64,000 nucleotides of DNA from Raillietiella orientalis (taxonomy: Eukaryota): assembly GCA_036172245.1 (NCBI GenBank), contig JAYWIR010000002.1, positions 7,192,001-7,256,000 of the forward strand, read 5' to 3'. The notes under the pieces were generated by a model that was not told the origin of the DNA, did not search any database, and saw only the letters and a program-made list of their open reading frames with translations. Below, piece by piece: positions 1 through 13,225 of this stretch (its first letter is position 1; each line of letters opens with the position of its first letter). The translations under genes were made by a program, and so were the position numbers.

Positions 1-367
1 TCGGAACAGAGAACGGAGAAGAAGAATTCTTTAGACGCAGAATGGGGAAGGTTGAGTAGGCAAGGACGGAATAGGGCTGTTTCGGCTTTAGGGAGAGGTG
101 GCTTTGATGGCGACGAGCTGTCAAGAAAGGTTGCTTCCTTAAAATCCAGAGACCATGCCTGACCACCGGCCGCTAACGAAGATCGCCTTGTGAAAGCGGA
201 AAGTCCCTGGAGAAGGTCGCGAAGAGAGCCTTGTGCTTGCAGGGAAGGTTTCTTGCCACAGGCATCTCTGCAAATGAAACGACCGCAAGAGGTCAATCCC
301 AATTGAGGGCGACTAAAGAGCACGGACGCGAGCCTTTGGTGAAAGAAGACAGGTGACTCACTGCAGC

Positions 368-1271
368 GCCTCGAAGGTCGAAATTCCCAACGCTGAAATC
401 CCGAATGTCGAAGGATCATAAGAAATAAATAATATTCATGCCTTTATTATATATATTGATATATGGATTGTAAAGATCATCAGAAATAAGCACATGTGCT
501 TATTTTGTATATCAATATATATATTTTTATGTACACTTATATACGGATTTGTTTCAACATACACATTTATTAATGTTTATCAACATTTATTCTACATGTT
601 AATATACAGTTAACATATTGTTTACTTCTTTATTCCATTCCATCATTTGTAATTGTCGCAATTATTTTTTTATTTTTCAAGTTCGATATTTTTATATTCA
701 TTTCATACGTGTTTATTATATATATAACATCAATACGCACATTAAGCACATATATTTATTTTTTTCAATCTTCAATATATATTTATAATATATTAACACA
801 TGTCAATATGTTAATAATGTTAATAATATGTGTTCCTGAATATCGATAAATAGTGTATAAAAATAAATTTGTGTATCGAATCTACACATAAACTATATAT
901 TGATATACATAATAAGAATAGATACCTTTTTTTAATAATTTTCATAATATATGCACATATATATTATGAAGATTCATATATATATTTATTTCTATGTATA
1001 CATATTTCTATTCATAATGTATATTTATATAGATGTATATATATATTTCCAGATGTATGCATATATATATATATATTCCTGTTTCTCTCTCTATATATTT
1101 CCATATCTGTATCTGTATCTATCTATCTATATATTTGATTTACATATGTATTTGTATTCATAATATATGTATATACATATACATTTTTCCCTTATGATCT
1201 TTCGGTTTCAACATTCGGGATTTTGGTCGTTCTTCGTTTCGGAGTTCGGAATTTCCGACCTAACCCGAGGC
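368..1271. mobile_element. AT-rich non-autonomous TIR element (MITE-like), copy 1
   Basis: Left GGTCGAAATTCC...AAATCCCGAATGT...GATCATAAG is the inverse of right CTTATGATC...ACATTCGGGATTT...GGAATTTCCGACC; interior is TA-rich low complexity. Confidence 0.65.
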
Positions 1272-1850
1272 AAAGTGTGGTCTTTTTGTTTGGAATCCTA
1301 GAAAATCGAAAAAACGGCTGTTTAATCTCGACATCATTCCAGTTACGTGCCATCCCTGATATCGAAAGAGTTTGTTAAAAGGGATGCGGAGTCCAGGGTC
1401 TTGTCGGAGGGATCGCTAATTTCCTCTTTAGAGTAATCCGTGCAGAAGCCTAAAAGTGAAGCTTCGACGACGGTTTTGAGGAACAGAGCGTTTGCTAAGG
1501 AGTGACAGTGGATGTTGAAACAAGAGAAGAAAGAAGGCGAAGGATCAGGATGGAAAGGCGAGCATTGGAAGCGGAAAGTGAGGAACCAGAAAAAATAGGG
1601 AAGGAAATTCCATGACGACTGGAAAAAGCATGTCTAACAGTAGGTTCCTTGCAACTCTCGAAACGATGGCTCAGATGAGAGGAAGTCTGCTTGCTTAGAC
1701 GTCTGAAGCATTGGCTGGTAAAGTGGCTAAACATCAACCCTCTACTTCTAGTTCTCTGAGTCCTACTTGAAGAACGAAGGGTAATGAAGCACTGTGTTTG
1801 TAGTTGGCAAGAGGATAAGGCCTGATCTTTAGATGACTAATCGTTTCCAG

Positions 1851-2022
1851 AAAGATATGAGGGACATCTACCAGAACGCCTACAACATCTGCCACGTCGA
1901 TTCGAATTCGAGCACCTCCACCTTCATGAGCCGCTTCGCAGAAACGTGCCCGCTACTCCATGATGAGTTGAACAAGTGCATCCGGCAAGTGGCGTGCGCC
2001 CCTCTATTCTTCAGGAAGAACC
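1851..2022 (+). CDS. Internal exon A of an unannotated spliced gene (KDMRDIYQNAYNICHV...CAPLFFRKN)
   Basis: Branch-like GACTAAT, acceptor TTTCCAG at 1844-1850, donor GTAAGC at 2023; open frame; ends in phase 1, matching exon B. Confidence 0.7.
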
Positions 2023-3371
2023 GTAAGCAGCAAGAGTTTTTGGTCGCCCCCTAATCAGTCGGGCCACGAAGTTGACTTCACCGAGTGTCTCTCGCATCTG
2101 CCGCTTGGGGATTTGTCGGATGATTCTTTCTCTCATGACGAAATTACTGACGTGCATCGCAACTCCGAAAAAATTCAGTGGGGACGCTTTTCGCTTGGGC
2201 TTAGCAGCCACCCAAGGAAACAGATTCAAACAGATTTCAACGCCCGGCGCCACATCCGCAAACCATCTGAGCAACCTCCCGCTGCCGTAACCTTTCCCTT
2301 CCCCCGTGCAAAAGAGGCAGCCGCTTGCCCAGTGAACCGCTTCGTACGAGTCTGAGAAGCGCTGTGCGTTCTCCACGTCCTGGAGGTGGAGGTGAACACC
2401 AAGTACGTTGGTGCTCACCTCCACGTCGACCGAATGCGAACGCAGTCTGTACCGCGACGTTATTCAGGAGGCACGCACACAGCGTTGCCATGGCGAAACT
2501 GAAAATCCAAGAGATCACCTCATGACTCTTCTGCTCTTCCGTCTCCTCTGTTGGTGCGGTTCAGGTTCCGGGGAACAAACCTTGAATCTTCTGGCTGGAC
2601 GGAAAAGGAACTTAGGAGCCCATGGGAAAATGCAAAGAAGGCTGTCAGTCCTTTCTTATATCGCGAGAGCCACATCAGCCTTGGCAAGCGTGAACCTTGC
2701 CCATGAGGAAAACTGAAAAGTAGCATGAACTTCTCTGCAGGTTGATTTCACTGATTCCGATCATCAAGACCAGACCACGTGCTTCAGTGCCTTCAGTGGT
2801 CTTGGACACGACAGAAACTAGCGACGCTGTCGGAGGTGCAAGCGAGGAATTCCAAGGAATTCCAAGAAGCCATCTGAAATGCAGCGTTCATTTTTGCGCG
2901 GCAATCAGAGCGTGAAATCCCATGATGCCACCTACCGTGGTGAATCCTTGTTCGGGCGGAAACCGTTCTTTGGCTGGGCACGAGCAGGAAGCAGTGTATT
3001 CAGAGAACTGGTAGATGTCACCACTGGTTGCGTTCTGAGCGAATGTAAGGAGAGCAGAAAGATCCGGAAATGGGCTGGGCTGGCTGGCTTCTAGGGCTAG
3101 GGTCCACTTCGCTTTCCCTGCCATCGTGAACATCGGAAGTACACCTGTTGTTCTCATCTCTGCCGCCGCTGAAAGCCCCTCCGCGTCGAGCATTCTTTCC
3201 GTTTCTTTCCAACTCTTCTTGAGATGTGAAACGTTCGTGTCCTTACGCTTCGCTCCTGAGGAAGGGTGTGGCAGAAAACAGGTACCGATTACAAGCTCGG
3301 CTTACACATTCCGCGGAGAGGGCTGCTCCGAACGTGGGAGTCGCTGCGATTCCGACCTTTCAGGTTTTCCT

Positions 3372-4060
3372 TCCAGATTTTTTTTTTTTCTTTTTTCGGA
3401 TTTTCTTCTTTTTAGTCCGCCAAGTACTCAAGAACTTCGCCTGGAGGCTCACGAAGGTCTTTGACGCTGGCCTCGGCACCCGATAGCGCATGTCAACTCT
3501 TCCTCAAGTTAGAGGGCGTCCCGGGAGGGGACCACCCTATGAATCCAGGAAGGGCTCCGGCTTCTTTCACGCTTGGGGGGGAAGCTCTTCCTCATTCTCT
3601 CAGGAGGGGATCCAGTCCTTGTTTGCTCCTCTAAAGAGAACCCCGAAGCAACGCTTCCCGATTTCGCTGAAGGGCCGTTCCTCGAAGGGAACAGCGCACT
3701 TCTTCACACTCTGGAGAGGTATAAACCATCTCCATGGAGCGCGAGGGAGGGTCCTTCCAAGGGGGAAGGAGACAGCTCAATTTTTACGACCGGAGGGGAA
3801 CCCCGAAAGGCTTCTTGATGTCCTAGAAGGACCCCGGATGTTCAACTTCCAATTCCGGCCAGTCGACGGGGGCATCCAGGAGTTTCTGGAACCAGTGCCG
3901 CACCCAAAGACTGTCTGTCAGCCAGCTCCGTCCTGCGGGAGAGGGGGACTCGAAACCCACGATGTATCCCTCATTTCTCGGCGTCGATCCTTCCTCGGGT
4001 GGGATTCGAACCTGCAACGCTTGGTGCCTCGCGCGGGGACCGTGCTTTGGCTACATTTCC
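3372..4060 (-). mobile_element. tRNA-headed SINE-like repeat, copy A (near full length)
   Basis: On the minus strand: A-box-like TAGCCAAAGCACGG, B-box GGTTCGAATCC (4002-4012), shared body words (GGAAGTTGA, CCAGAGTGTGAAGAAG, GGATTCATAGGGTGGT) and an A-rich tail. Confidence 0.7.
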
Positions 4061-5537
4061 TTTTCTGGACAGGATGTTGGCTCTTCGATGACGGCCATTG
4101 TCAGGGAAATTCGGGGTCTCGAATGCCACGGAAAGTCAGCAACCTGAATTGGCTCTTTCGGATTCCAGAGAACCAAGGATCGGTGGCTGCGTCGGAAATT
4201 CTTGCGGAGACGCGGGACTGCAGCCAAGCGTGCGTTCGGAAGAGAAAGGAGACATGGCGAAGAACAGCGCACGTCCCGTAGGCGCATGGCCGGCGAGAGT
4301 ACACGGTCACCTTGGCGACGGCGAAACCCGTCTCGAAGCTCACAGCAGGACGAAATCGACAAGGAAATCTGAGACACGAGCCTAGCGGACGAAGACAGGC
4401 GAGGAGGCTGACCTCTTCCCGAGGGCAGCAGATCCGCTTTCCAGGGTAGCAGCAGAGTGCATCTCGCAACCTTCTGCCTGCTCCTCCTCCTCCTCGTCGC
4501 GAAGCATGCTGGTTTAACGAAACCGTGTGTGTGGTCGGGGTGGACTGGACCCTTGCGGCAACCTCTGTAGGCACCCGACTCGTCTGGTTGCCATACCCGA
4601 AGGAATGCCTGAAGGTTTTCCGGAACCTATTCGCCCTTTACGAAGACACCCGCTGGTTCGGAGATGCATCTCTTCTCTGCACTCGGACGTCCACTCGGAA
4701 GGTCCTCGTTCTTGGGCCCCGCTGATGCGTAAGCATCTCGACAGCAGGGTCATCCTGCTTGTGGTAGTCGCAGCCAGCCCTGCGGCGGTCTGAAACTGTG
4801 AAATCCCTCCGTCCGTTCTCCGTAAGCAAGAAGTGGGGAAGGATCAACGCAGGTTTCGCCTCCGATTCTGGACCGCGCTGTCTCTGGGGCAGGCTCCAAT
4901 CTGTACGTCTCGGAATTGCAGTCGAGGGATGGGTCTCTTTCTTAGAGGAGCGACCTGCAGCCCAATTGCCCGAAGCGGTCCTCGCTACAGGAGCAGCCAA
5001 GGTCACCTTGGCTGCTCCTGCTTAGTGAGAAGCCTGAAAATCTGGGCAAACCACATGGCGTAACTTCCAGGCGTTGGAGCAGGCAGGAAGGCCGGCCTAC
5101 GGTCCGTCCGACCCGTGACGCGGTTTCCCCGAGCGATTTTTTCTCTTGAGAGCTCCTCAGCTCTACGTGTTGCTTCGGAAAACGGCCAAAGTGGCGACGG
5201 GTGGGGCCCCACGGTTGGGATTTCGGCGTCTGCCCGACAGTGCGGTAGCAGCGAACCGCGAAAATCCCTGAAACGTTGCTCTTTCGTTTCCTTGGTGGCC
5301 TTCAAACGGAGCACTTATAGGCACTCCTTCGAAGCATGTGAATATACATATATATATATATCAATATACATAATAGTACATTTATTTTTTTTATAATCTT
5401 TCTAATATATATTAATCTAGGTATGAATGTACTTATCCATAAATAGAATAGACATCTTATTAATTATATTGATAATACGTGTATTCATAAATATGTATGT
5501 TTAAATAAATTTGCACATTACATATGGATATGGATAT

Positions 5538-7136
5538 TACGGTTCAAGTGATTGATCGCTTTATATTAATAATTGCCGACTATTATTAATAATGATCAAA
5601 TAAAAAGGTCACAGTGAATAATATTCATAAGAATAAATATTATTCACTTTTATGGTAGTTTATTACATGAACCGGTAATTATTAATAATTCACCACTATC
5701 AATGGTAAACGTAATGATTTTCAACACGTGAAGTTTGAGGCTCGTGAGCAGTAGAAAAGAAAAGAAAAAAACACGCCCGGCTACAACGGAATGGTCGGGA
5801 AAAGTAGAATTCATTCAATTTATGAAAAATAGAGCACATCCCTCAGGAATAGAGCACAGTCCCGATGAAGCTATGCTCAGCTGTGAAGCCAAAGTAGGTT
5901 TGAAAACAGGCTTGCCAGTCGACACTCTGCCAGAAATCACCAGTGAAGAAGTTCTCGAGACGGCATGAAAAGATCAATCGAATGGCGATGACGAACTTCA
6001 GGGAATCATCTCAAAGGAGGATGGCGATATGAGGGGACAGAGAAGTCATGGCAATGTGGAAGTGGAAATAGGTGATTGGAGTGAAGACTTGCAGTTGAAG
6101 ACAGCTGTTGGAGATCCAGGCAAAAAGAGGAATGAGAGTGCTGGCCGAATCAAAGACGAACCACGTTCTTCTGAAACAGAAAAGATCAATAAGAAAGATG
6201 ACAGGGTAAAAGATATTGCTAATGAATTGAATTGGAAAGTGGCGAAACCAAGGGAAAACAAAGGAAGATCCTTCTTTGCACTCAACGAAATCCCTGAAAT
6301 GATTCAAAAAGCGCGAAACTCTGCTAAGCAGCCACCGAGAAAGCAGACTGAAAAAATGTCGCGGCTTTCGAAGACTTAAACGTCCAACTGCGGATGTAGG
6401 AAAAAGCGTTCGGACAGGGATCCCAGATGTAAATAGGGGTAAAGCCGATGACCGGAATATTATAGCTGCTATAATCTGTGTTGAGAACGGAAACTTGCAT
6501 GCACTCGGTACAAAATATGGCATTCTAAACCAACTCTGTACAAGGAATGAAGGTGCCGTCTGCAAGGAAACTTTTATTTCGGCCCATGAGATTCCAGATA
6601 TTGAGATAAGTCTAAGAGGATGCCGCTCGCGAGAATTCGAACTTAGGTGGTCAGGGATACCAACGCTGTACTTGTACAGGCGATGGGAACTCCAATCGCT
6701 GAAAAGGTAAACAAGGTCAAAAATCCTTTGTGATTCCCAATGCCACAGAGGCTCTTCCTGCAAAAATAAACAGTTTGTTTATAACCATACAATAACGTAA
6801 CGTTCTCGTCTCATTAATGTATTCCTCTCCTAGCTTTATGAAAATTAATAGCTCAACTAACTTGTATGATTTTGCCACAATTTTGTATGGTTTCGTCAAA
6901 AGTCTGTTTTTTCTTTTTTTTTTTTGGATCTGTCAGGAACTTGTTCATGTGATAAATAATGCATGTATATCTAAAACATGTTTTTATTAAATTTACCTGG
7001 CTATACTGGTAATTATTAATATTTGCCAGTAAGTGCAATTATTACGTGTCATTATTCACTCTGATCTCCTTATTTGGTTATTAATAATAACAGCCGGTAA
7101 TTATTAATACTAACCGGATTTATTTCATGAGCCGTA
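5538..7136 (+). mobile_element. Internally deleted Ginger-type (KRBA2/SCAND3-like integrase) DNA transposon with degenerate terminal inverted repeats
   Basis: Left end TACGGTTCA...TATTAATAATTGCCGACT...CAAATAA...TCACAGTGAATAAT mirrors the reverse complement of the right end TACGGCTCA...TATTAATAATTACCGGCT...CAAATAA...TCAGAGTGAATAAT; encloses a transposase remnant. Confidence 0.75.
5786..6770 (+). pseudogene. Frameshifted C-terminal half of a KRBA2/SCAND3-like integrase/transposase
   Basis: Motifs WSGKVEFIQFMKNRAHPSGIEHSPDEAMLSCEAKVGL, GIPDVNRGKADDRNIIAAI...LGTKYGILNQL...EIPDIEISLR, GGQGYQRCTC and terminal LCDSQCHRGSSCKNK, recognised as typical of this family; broken by stops and frameshifts. 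Confidence 0.8.
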
Positions 7137-9093
7137 CCATACATATTCAAATATGTAATAAACGTATGTATTCATTTTTTATAATCCTCATAATATACAT
7201 TAATCTATATGGGAATCCATATATATATATATATATATACATATATATACACACATACACATAATGAAGTATGCATTTATTTTTAATGGTCTTTCGAGGC
7301 CGCTGAGGCATTTCGATGGACTCCAAAATCTCCGCCTTTCTCGCACCTTGCAATCCGTCCGCTTCGCGTTTCTGCACTTTCCAAGTAGCGGAGCGGGTCC
7401 CCATGGAAACGGTCTCCAGCTTCCTTCCCCTGCCTGCGAGGAGCTTTCTTTTTTCGCGGAGATTTTCGTCTTTCCGTCGTGTGCTGTTGCTTTCGCTGAA
7501 ACACACTTCCTTGTCCCAGACTCCCGGGACGTGTCCGGAAAGCTCGAGGAGCGTTTCGAGAATGTCGGAATCCTCCCTATCTCTCGCTCATGGCGCCGAA
7601 CGCGATCCATCGTGCATCTATCGTGATCCGCCCTCAGCTGCAGCCTCCTGGAAGAGCATTCGACGACGGATTGGATTTATTATTTCGCGCTCGCTGGACC
7701 GTAGGTGTGGAGACGAAGAACTTCTGATCTCGGAAGTCACTCCACGATCGCTCTTCCCCCGGTTGCATCAGACACCCGAGCTCTTTTGTTCTCGTGTTTA
7801 CAGGTGTTGGCAGATATTTGCCTTCAGCTGTTTGGATTGCAATGTATTCTGCTGAATTCGAGGGCTCACTGCTGCTCCCATTTGAATCCCCACGTTTCCA
7901 GAGTGGCCACTCCCACGCAGCAGACGTTGCAGCGCAGCTGTCGGGATGCTTCCGCATCTCTCCGGAGCTTCCACCCCCCATATCCCGTCCTCGTGAGACC
8001 CTCTTCCAACACACTCTGCCGTCATCCACTTTCCGCTTTATAGCCTTTTTGCACTCCTCAACACCGCAGTGATGAAGCATGACTCCCTATTGGATCACAT
8101 CTCTGAAAGCGGTCCTCGCCTTCAAGCATTCTTCCCGGAATGAAGTATTCAGTATTTTCTGGGCAATTCATTATGCTTCTTAACCCTTTGGGTGCGGACC
8201 TCATCAGATTGAAACCTTCCCTGTTGACGGCACGCGAGTGGACGGAATGCTTCTTGGCGTACCGCGTGCTCTGTCGAGGTGCCCATTGACCACATAAAGT
8301 GCTCATTAAAGTTACCATTGTGACTGTTTATTCACATGACATGGAATAATGAGTTTTCCCAAACATACGCTATTTATTTAAAAATTGCAATTATAATCCT
8401 GTTTGGGTGTGGTGCAATATGATAAGTCAGGACCGACACGACTGTAATATTGTGACTTCCGGAAAAACAGAGTAGCTTGGCTGATATAAACTGAATTTTG
8501 CTTACCGTCGTTGCTAAGGGAATGATAAGAACGTAAGTGAATGCATTCATCTCAAACATGGGCAGTGCTAACTTACGTCGCTACTACAAGGTCAAAACAT
8601 TTGCCAAACGCATCTATGAGCCCAGAGCACTCAAAGGGTACTTGTGGAAATTAATGGCTTCCGATTAACCTCTAAAGTTGAGTACTTGAAGGGCTTGCAT
8701 CAGTTTCTGTTTCCCCGCTCTCTGCTGCCCAGCATCCCCCTCCATGGTTGTGTCTCCGCGTTGACTCCGCACCGCAGACCTGCAGAGTCCCAAGGCAAAA
8801 GGAAAAAAAGAAAGAAAGAAAGGAAAAAAGTGGCCATCAAGTGGCAGCCTCGTTGCTCACAGTATATGTGGTGGCTGCTGCCGGCCACCGCGACAGATTT
8901 GCACTGCCGGAAGGACTCTCATCTTTCCGAAGGCATCCTTGTCGGAATCCTCCCAATCGAATGTTCCATCCTTCCGGGTCCACTGCTGTTTCTCCAGGGC
9001 CACTGTTTAAATCTCTGCACTCCTCCCTTTTCGTAGAAGGTTTCCTTTCCTTGCACGCCCATACCTTTTGGGTGATGCCACTTGAACATCGTG

Positions 9094-9901
9094 GGTTTGG
9101 TTCGAAATCCCGATAGATCTCAAAAAAAAAAATGCACGCATACGGGAATACCATAAATACGTACATAAATACATATGTATTAATGAATAGATTAGCATAT
9201 GCTGTGAAGATTATAAAAAAGCAATATGTAAGCTCATTATGCATATTGGTATATATATTTGTATATAAATTAATATGCAAATTCATTTTAACATACATAT
9301 TTATTATCACATATTTATAATATAATCAATAATCTGTATTGATATATTGCTAATACATCTATTCAGGATTACAAAAAATAAATATGATGTTTGCCAAGTA
9401 TATATATTTATATACAATAGGTGTATATTAAATATATATCTAATTTTCGAAAATAAAAAGTGATGGTGACAATTAAAAATGGCGAGAAGAAATTGAAGAG
9501 GCAAACGAATTAAAAAAAACGAAAAACCGCATTTTGTGCTTCCTTTCCCTGTCATTTTTAATGACGACCGGTGAAACGCCGTCAGCCAGTGATGAATTCT
9601 GTTTTCGAGATTCTGATCGTCTGATAAATAAATAAGTTTGTGATTCGATACTCATATAATTATTTCAAGTAGATTTACTGTATGTATAAATATAAACGAT
9701 CTGTCTATTAATTAAAACATTAATTTAGATATCGATATAAATATTAATATATATAATAAACATATATGCGTATCTTTATAATATATATTAATCTATGCAT
9801 AACTCTGTATATACATAATATATATATATGTATATAATAAACGTATGTATTTGTTTTTAAGATCTCTGGGGATTTTGATTTTCGGGATTTCGATCGGCAC
9901 C
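9094..9901. mobile_element. AT-rich MITE-like element, copy 3
   Basis: Left TCGAAATCCCGATAGATCTCAAAAA versus right TTTTTAAGATCTC...GGGATTTTGATTTTCGGGATTTCGA, an inverted pair with the same AAATCCCGA motif as copy 1. Confidence 0.6.
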
Positions 9902-10409
9902 GGCCGCTGTCCATGGGTTGACGGATTACTGGGAAAGCAGGCAAACAAGAAACTTCGTCTAAACTCTTAATGGTCGAAGGACAAAAGTTGGCCTTCAAAT
10001 CCCCTCCTCGCGTATCCCACATCAGTCAGATGAAACCTCTTCCCGGGACTGTGTCCAAAAAGGATGCTCTTATATTCACGCCTTTCGACTTTCTTCGGAA
10101 GAATCGCCCGTGACTCTCGAATGGCACTGTGAAATGCCGCCACAGCTCACGTTCTCTTCTTTGGTGATTTCTTCTTCTTCTTCTTCCGTGTTTCCATTTA
10201 GTAAAAGCCGTTCCGGAGATTCGCTGCCAAGTTTGAGGCAGAAATTGGTGCGCAGTGATGCCGTTTATCGCTTCGGGGCAGCTCGGCACGGAACGTTGAA
10301 ACGTTTCATCGAACAGCAGTTTTCTTTTGCCCTTTGAAATGTTCATCTTGTGAGTTTGGATTACACTTCTTCTTCTTCGACTACAACAGAGTTCTCTTTG
10401 TATGCTTAG

Positions 10410-10493
10410 ATGATGAGAGCATGGTCTTCTGTACTCCCGAGGCCACGTTGCAGTTCATCGAGATTTGCGGGAAGTACCTGTGGCAAATGCAGA
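10410..10493 (+). CDS. Exon B of the same gene (HDESMVFCTPEATLQFIEICGKYLWQMQ)
   Basis: Pyrimidine tract plus TTAG acceptor, GTAAGT donor at 10494; phase 1 to phase 1. Confidence 0.75.
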
Positions 10494-10641
10494 GTAAGTG
10501 GATCCTGCCGACACGGGGCAGTCGCACCCCAGTTGCCACGACGCCCGTGCTCCCTCCCTCCCACCCATCCCCGACTCCGTCGTCGCGGGGCCTCATTCCT
10601 CTCGCTGCACCTCAGTGGCCACCCACGTTCTTCGCTTCCAG

Positions 10642-10753
10642 GTGCTTGCAACAAGCCGTGTTTCTACTACACGTACTTCAGCAACACAATCATCGGCCTA
10701 TACGACAGAGATTACTTGGAGATGATGAAAAAAGTGTACCATCTGGAGAGCAG
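10642..10753 (+). CDS. Exon C of the same gene (SACNKPCFYYTYFSNTIIGLYDRDYLEMMKKVYHLES)
   Basis: TTCTTCGCTTCCAG acceptor, GTAGGT donor at 10754; phase 1 to phase 2. Confidence 0.75.
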
Positions 10754-13094
10754 GTAGGTGGTGTGTCCCGCCTCTTTCTCGTCGCGAAGCACCTCAAGAA
10801 CACCTCAGAACCTCGCGGCGAAACCGTTCTCCACCGGAAAGATGGCCCGTTCCTCCCCTCCCTCTCGCTTTTCGAACCCGAAAAAGCGAGTCCTCCGTGG
10901 TCAAAGCACCTCCGCAAAATCGATTCTGCGTCAGCAATCAGGCGAATCGCGAGCGCGCGGCAGCGGCACCACTAGAGCGCGTCTCGGAAGGGATCCACTG
11001 CTCGGGTCCGGAATCTGCGCCGCAGCGTCTCTGCGAGCCAAACCTCGGGAACTTCCGAAAAACCTCCCTCTCGCCTCCAGCCTGTCGAATCGGATCACAG
11101 AGGAAGGGAATTGGGGGGGATGGGGGGGGGAGGGTCGCGCTGCGGAATCCCTTTGCCAGTATCTTCCAGGGTGAGAACTCTGCTGCCGCATTTTCCCGGA
11201 AATGCCTTTTCCAGAGCGCTGTCTTTGAGGGACGAGTTCCGGAGCTTGCCTGGCGTGCGGCCTCGAGATGCGGCCGGCTCTTCCGCGCGCATCTTCAAAT
11301 GTCTGTCTCCGTCTTCGCCTTCTTTAGTCCACCCACCCGTCGAGGACTTCAGCATGCATCCCTCTGCCTCTCCCACACTTCTGTTCTGTCACCCATGGAG
11401 ATCGATGATCGCGCGTGCAAAAATCAGGGTTCCGTCGACGAAGGAAACCTCAAACAACCCCAAGTGAAGGAACGATCACAGGATGGGACAGTGGTCTCCG
11501 GCCTTCCTTTGCGGAAAGTCAGCGTGGCTCCTTGAAAACCCAATGGAAAAAAAAGAAAAATTTGGCTCCAGAATGTTGTTGCTCTCCCTACAGGATGTCA
11601 GCACAAAAGACGACGACAAAAAATTTTCAGGATTGATTGCGAAGGTTCAAAAAGGACGACGCAGCGCATCAGCAGTTACGGCCACTCCGCTTCTGAATGT
11701 TCAATAAGGGTGCGCCTGAAAACAGGATGCTCTCCGGTTGCCTGGGTAGCCAACGGCTGAAGTGCGAGCTCTATTCGCGGGAGCAATTCTTCGCTTACTC
11801 TTCCTCTTCCCGAGCGGCAGAGACGAGCCTTCGCCTCGAAGGCTCCTCTTTCCATCTCCGGTTGCCTGGCTGCAGCAAGGATGCACAGGTTCCTAACTCG
11901 GCCTAGCTGGAGCGAAGGTGAACCGTGTGACCGCTGCGGAATTCTTCCTCCATCCACACACCCTGCGGTCCAGCTTGTAAAGAAGTGAAGTTCGTCCGCG
12001 CCCGTGGACCGCCGCACGTGGCCATGGTCTCTCGTTCGTATCGGTCCGCATTCATCCCTTGAGAGTGATGAGCGCGGAACCATAACATCACCATAGCATC
12101 GGAGGAGGCGCGGGTACATGCAATGACGCCAATACCAAGGAATGACCTTCCTCCCTCCCCACGCTGCTGACTCCGAAGCCAAGGGGGTTGGAAAGGTCCA
12201 ATCGAAATGAAGGAGGTTTTAACCCGGTCACAGGGGCAGTACTTTGTTTCGAGGAATGGAGGATCGCCTCGGGTGGTGGCACTTTTCTGCCGGCGGCTGC
12301 TACGGTGATGATCTGAGTTCGGTTCCAAAAAAATAGGCTCCACGGAAAACGATCTCCCCCTCCCCGTGTCATCTGGAGCGGAGCGCACCGATCCTTCCGC
12401 GCGCGTAACTCCTGAAACCGCGCCGGGCACCGTGGAGGATGAGCAGTGGGCAGTGGTGAGGCTTTGCTGCTCGCAGCGCCGAGCGGTGCCGTTCCTTCGC
12501 GGACTCGAAAACGAATTCCTGGTTTTCGCTTTCCCCTTTTGCCTTTCGGTGGAGTGGCCCATGGTGACCCCTAAACTCCGTGTGTAACAAATTCGCATCC
12601 TTTAGCGATGGGTGGAAAGATGTTTTGATTTGGGGGGGAGGCAATCGCCCCTCAGGCCGCTTGGTCATTGGCTCCTTTGGCAAGGTGCTTGGTCGTCATG
12701 CCATCCGTTTGAAATAGGCCTCCAGGATTCCTCTACCCCCTGAGGCAATCGGTTCCCTTCCTACTTTTTCGATGAGACAGGTGTTCGAGCAAGGTTTCCA
12801 TCAGCGAGGTCTGGAAGGGACAGGGGGGTGCCTGTCGAACATCGACGTCACCATCCTGCCATACATGGGAGTCCACAGCTCCAGTAAGATGCCCCTTCGA
12901 AACGAGGAGAATGTTAATTCATGAGGGTGGAGACGGTTGCGATCCACGGCCCGCATCCGCTGCTGCACCTGCGGATCCCTTCACTGTCCGCAGAGAGAGA
13001 ATCTCGCCGCAGTGGTCACATTGCACGCTGCCACACGGCATCCACGGCCACGGCACTGTGTGTTTGTTCCCACTTCCTCCTACCTGCCCCCTTG

Positions 13095-13225
13095 GATTGA
13101 CCAGGGCGGTCCCTCCATGGCGGACCCCTAACTCGAGGAGTTGCACGCACTCTAGGGTGTGGCAATGTCAGGGTTTGAAGAACCTTGCGAGCCACCCTGA
13201 GGAGACAGACGGTTCTTTAGTCTCG
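13095..13225 (+). repeat. 3' fragment of the SINE-like family
   Basis: GAGGAGTTGCACGCACTCT...TGGCAATGTC...GAGCCACCCTGAGGAG...CGGTT resembles 14670-14765. Confidence 0.5.

Larger units (their letters stand above)
5250..7325. mobile_element. AT-rich MITE-like element, copy 2, interrupted by the Ginger-type insertion
   Basis: AT-rich flanks 5340-5537 and 7137-7290 share words with copy 3 (TAATAAACGTATGTATT, ATTAATCTA); CGAAAATCCC near the left end; ends are degenerate. Confidence 0.45.

Noticed and set aside
869..1163. Ile/Tyr-rich ORFs
   Set aside because: Translation of TA-rich low-complexity interior of the MITE-like element.
3490..4281. 263-aa ORF and similar ORFs overlapping the dispersed repeat
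   Set aside because: Frames are not conserved between repeat copies; the repeat behaves as non-coding.
6011..6763. 250-aa minus-strand ORF
   Set aside because: Antisense shadow of the plus-strand KRBA2/Ginger-like transposase remnant.
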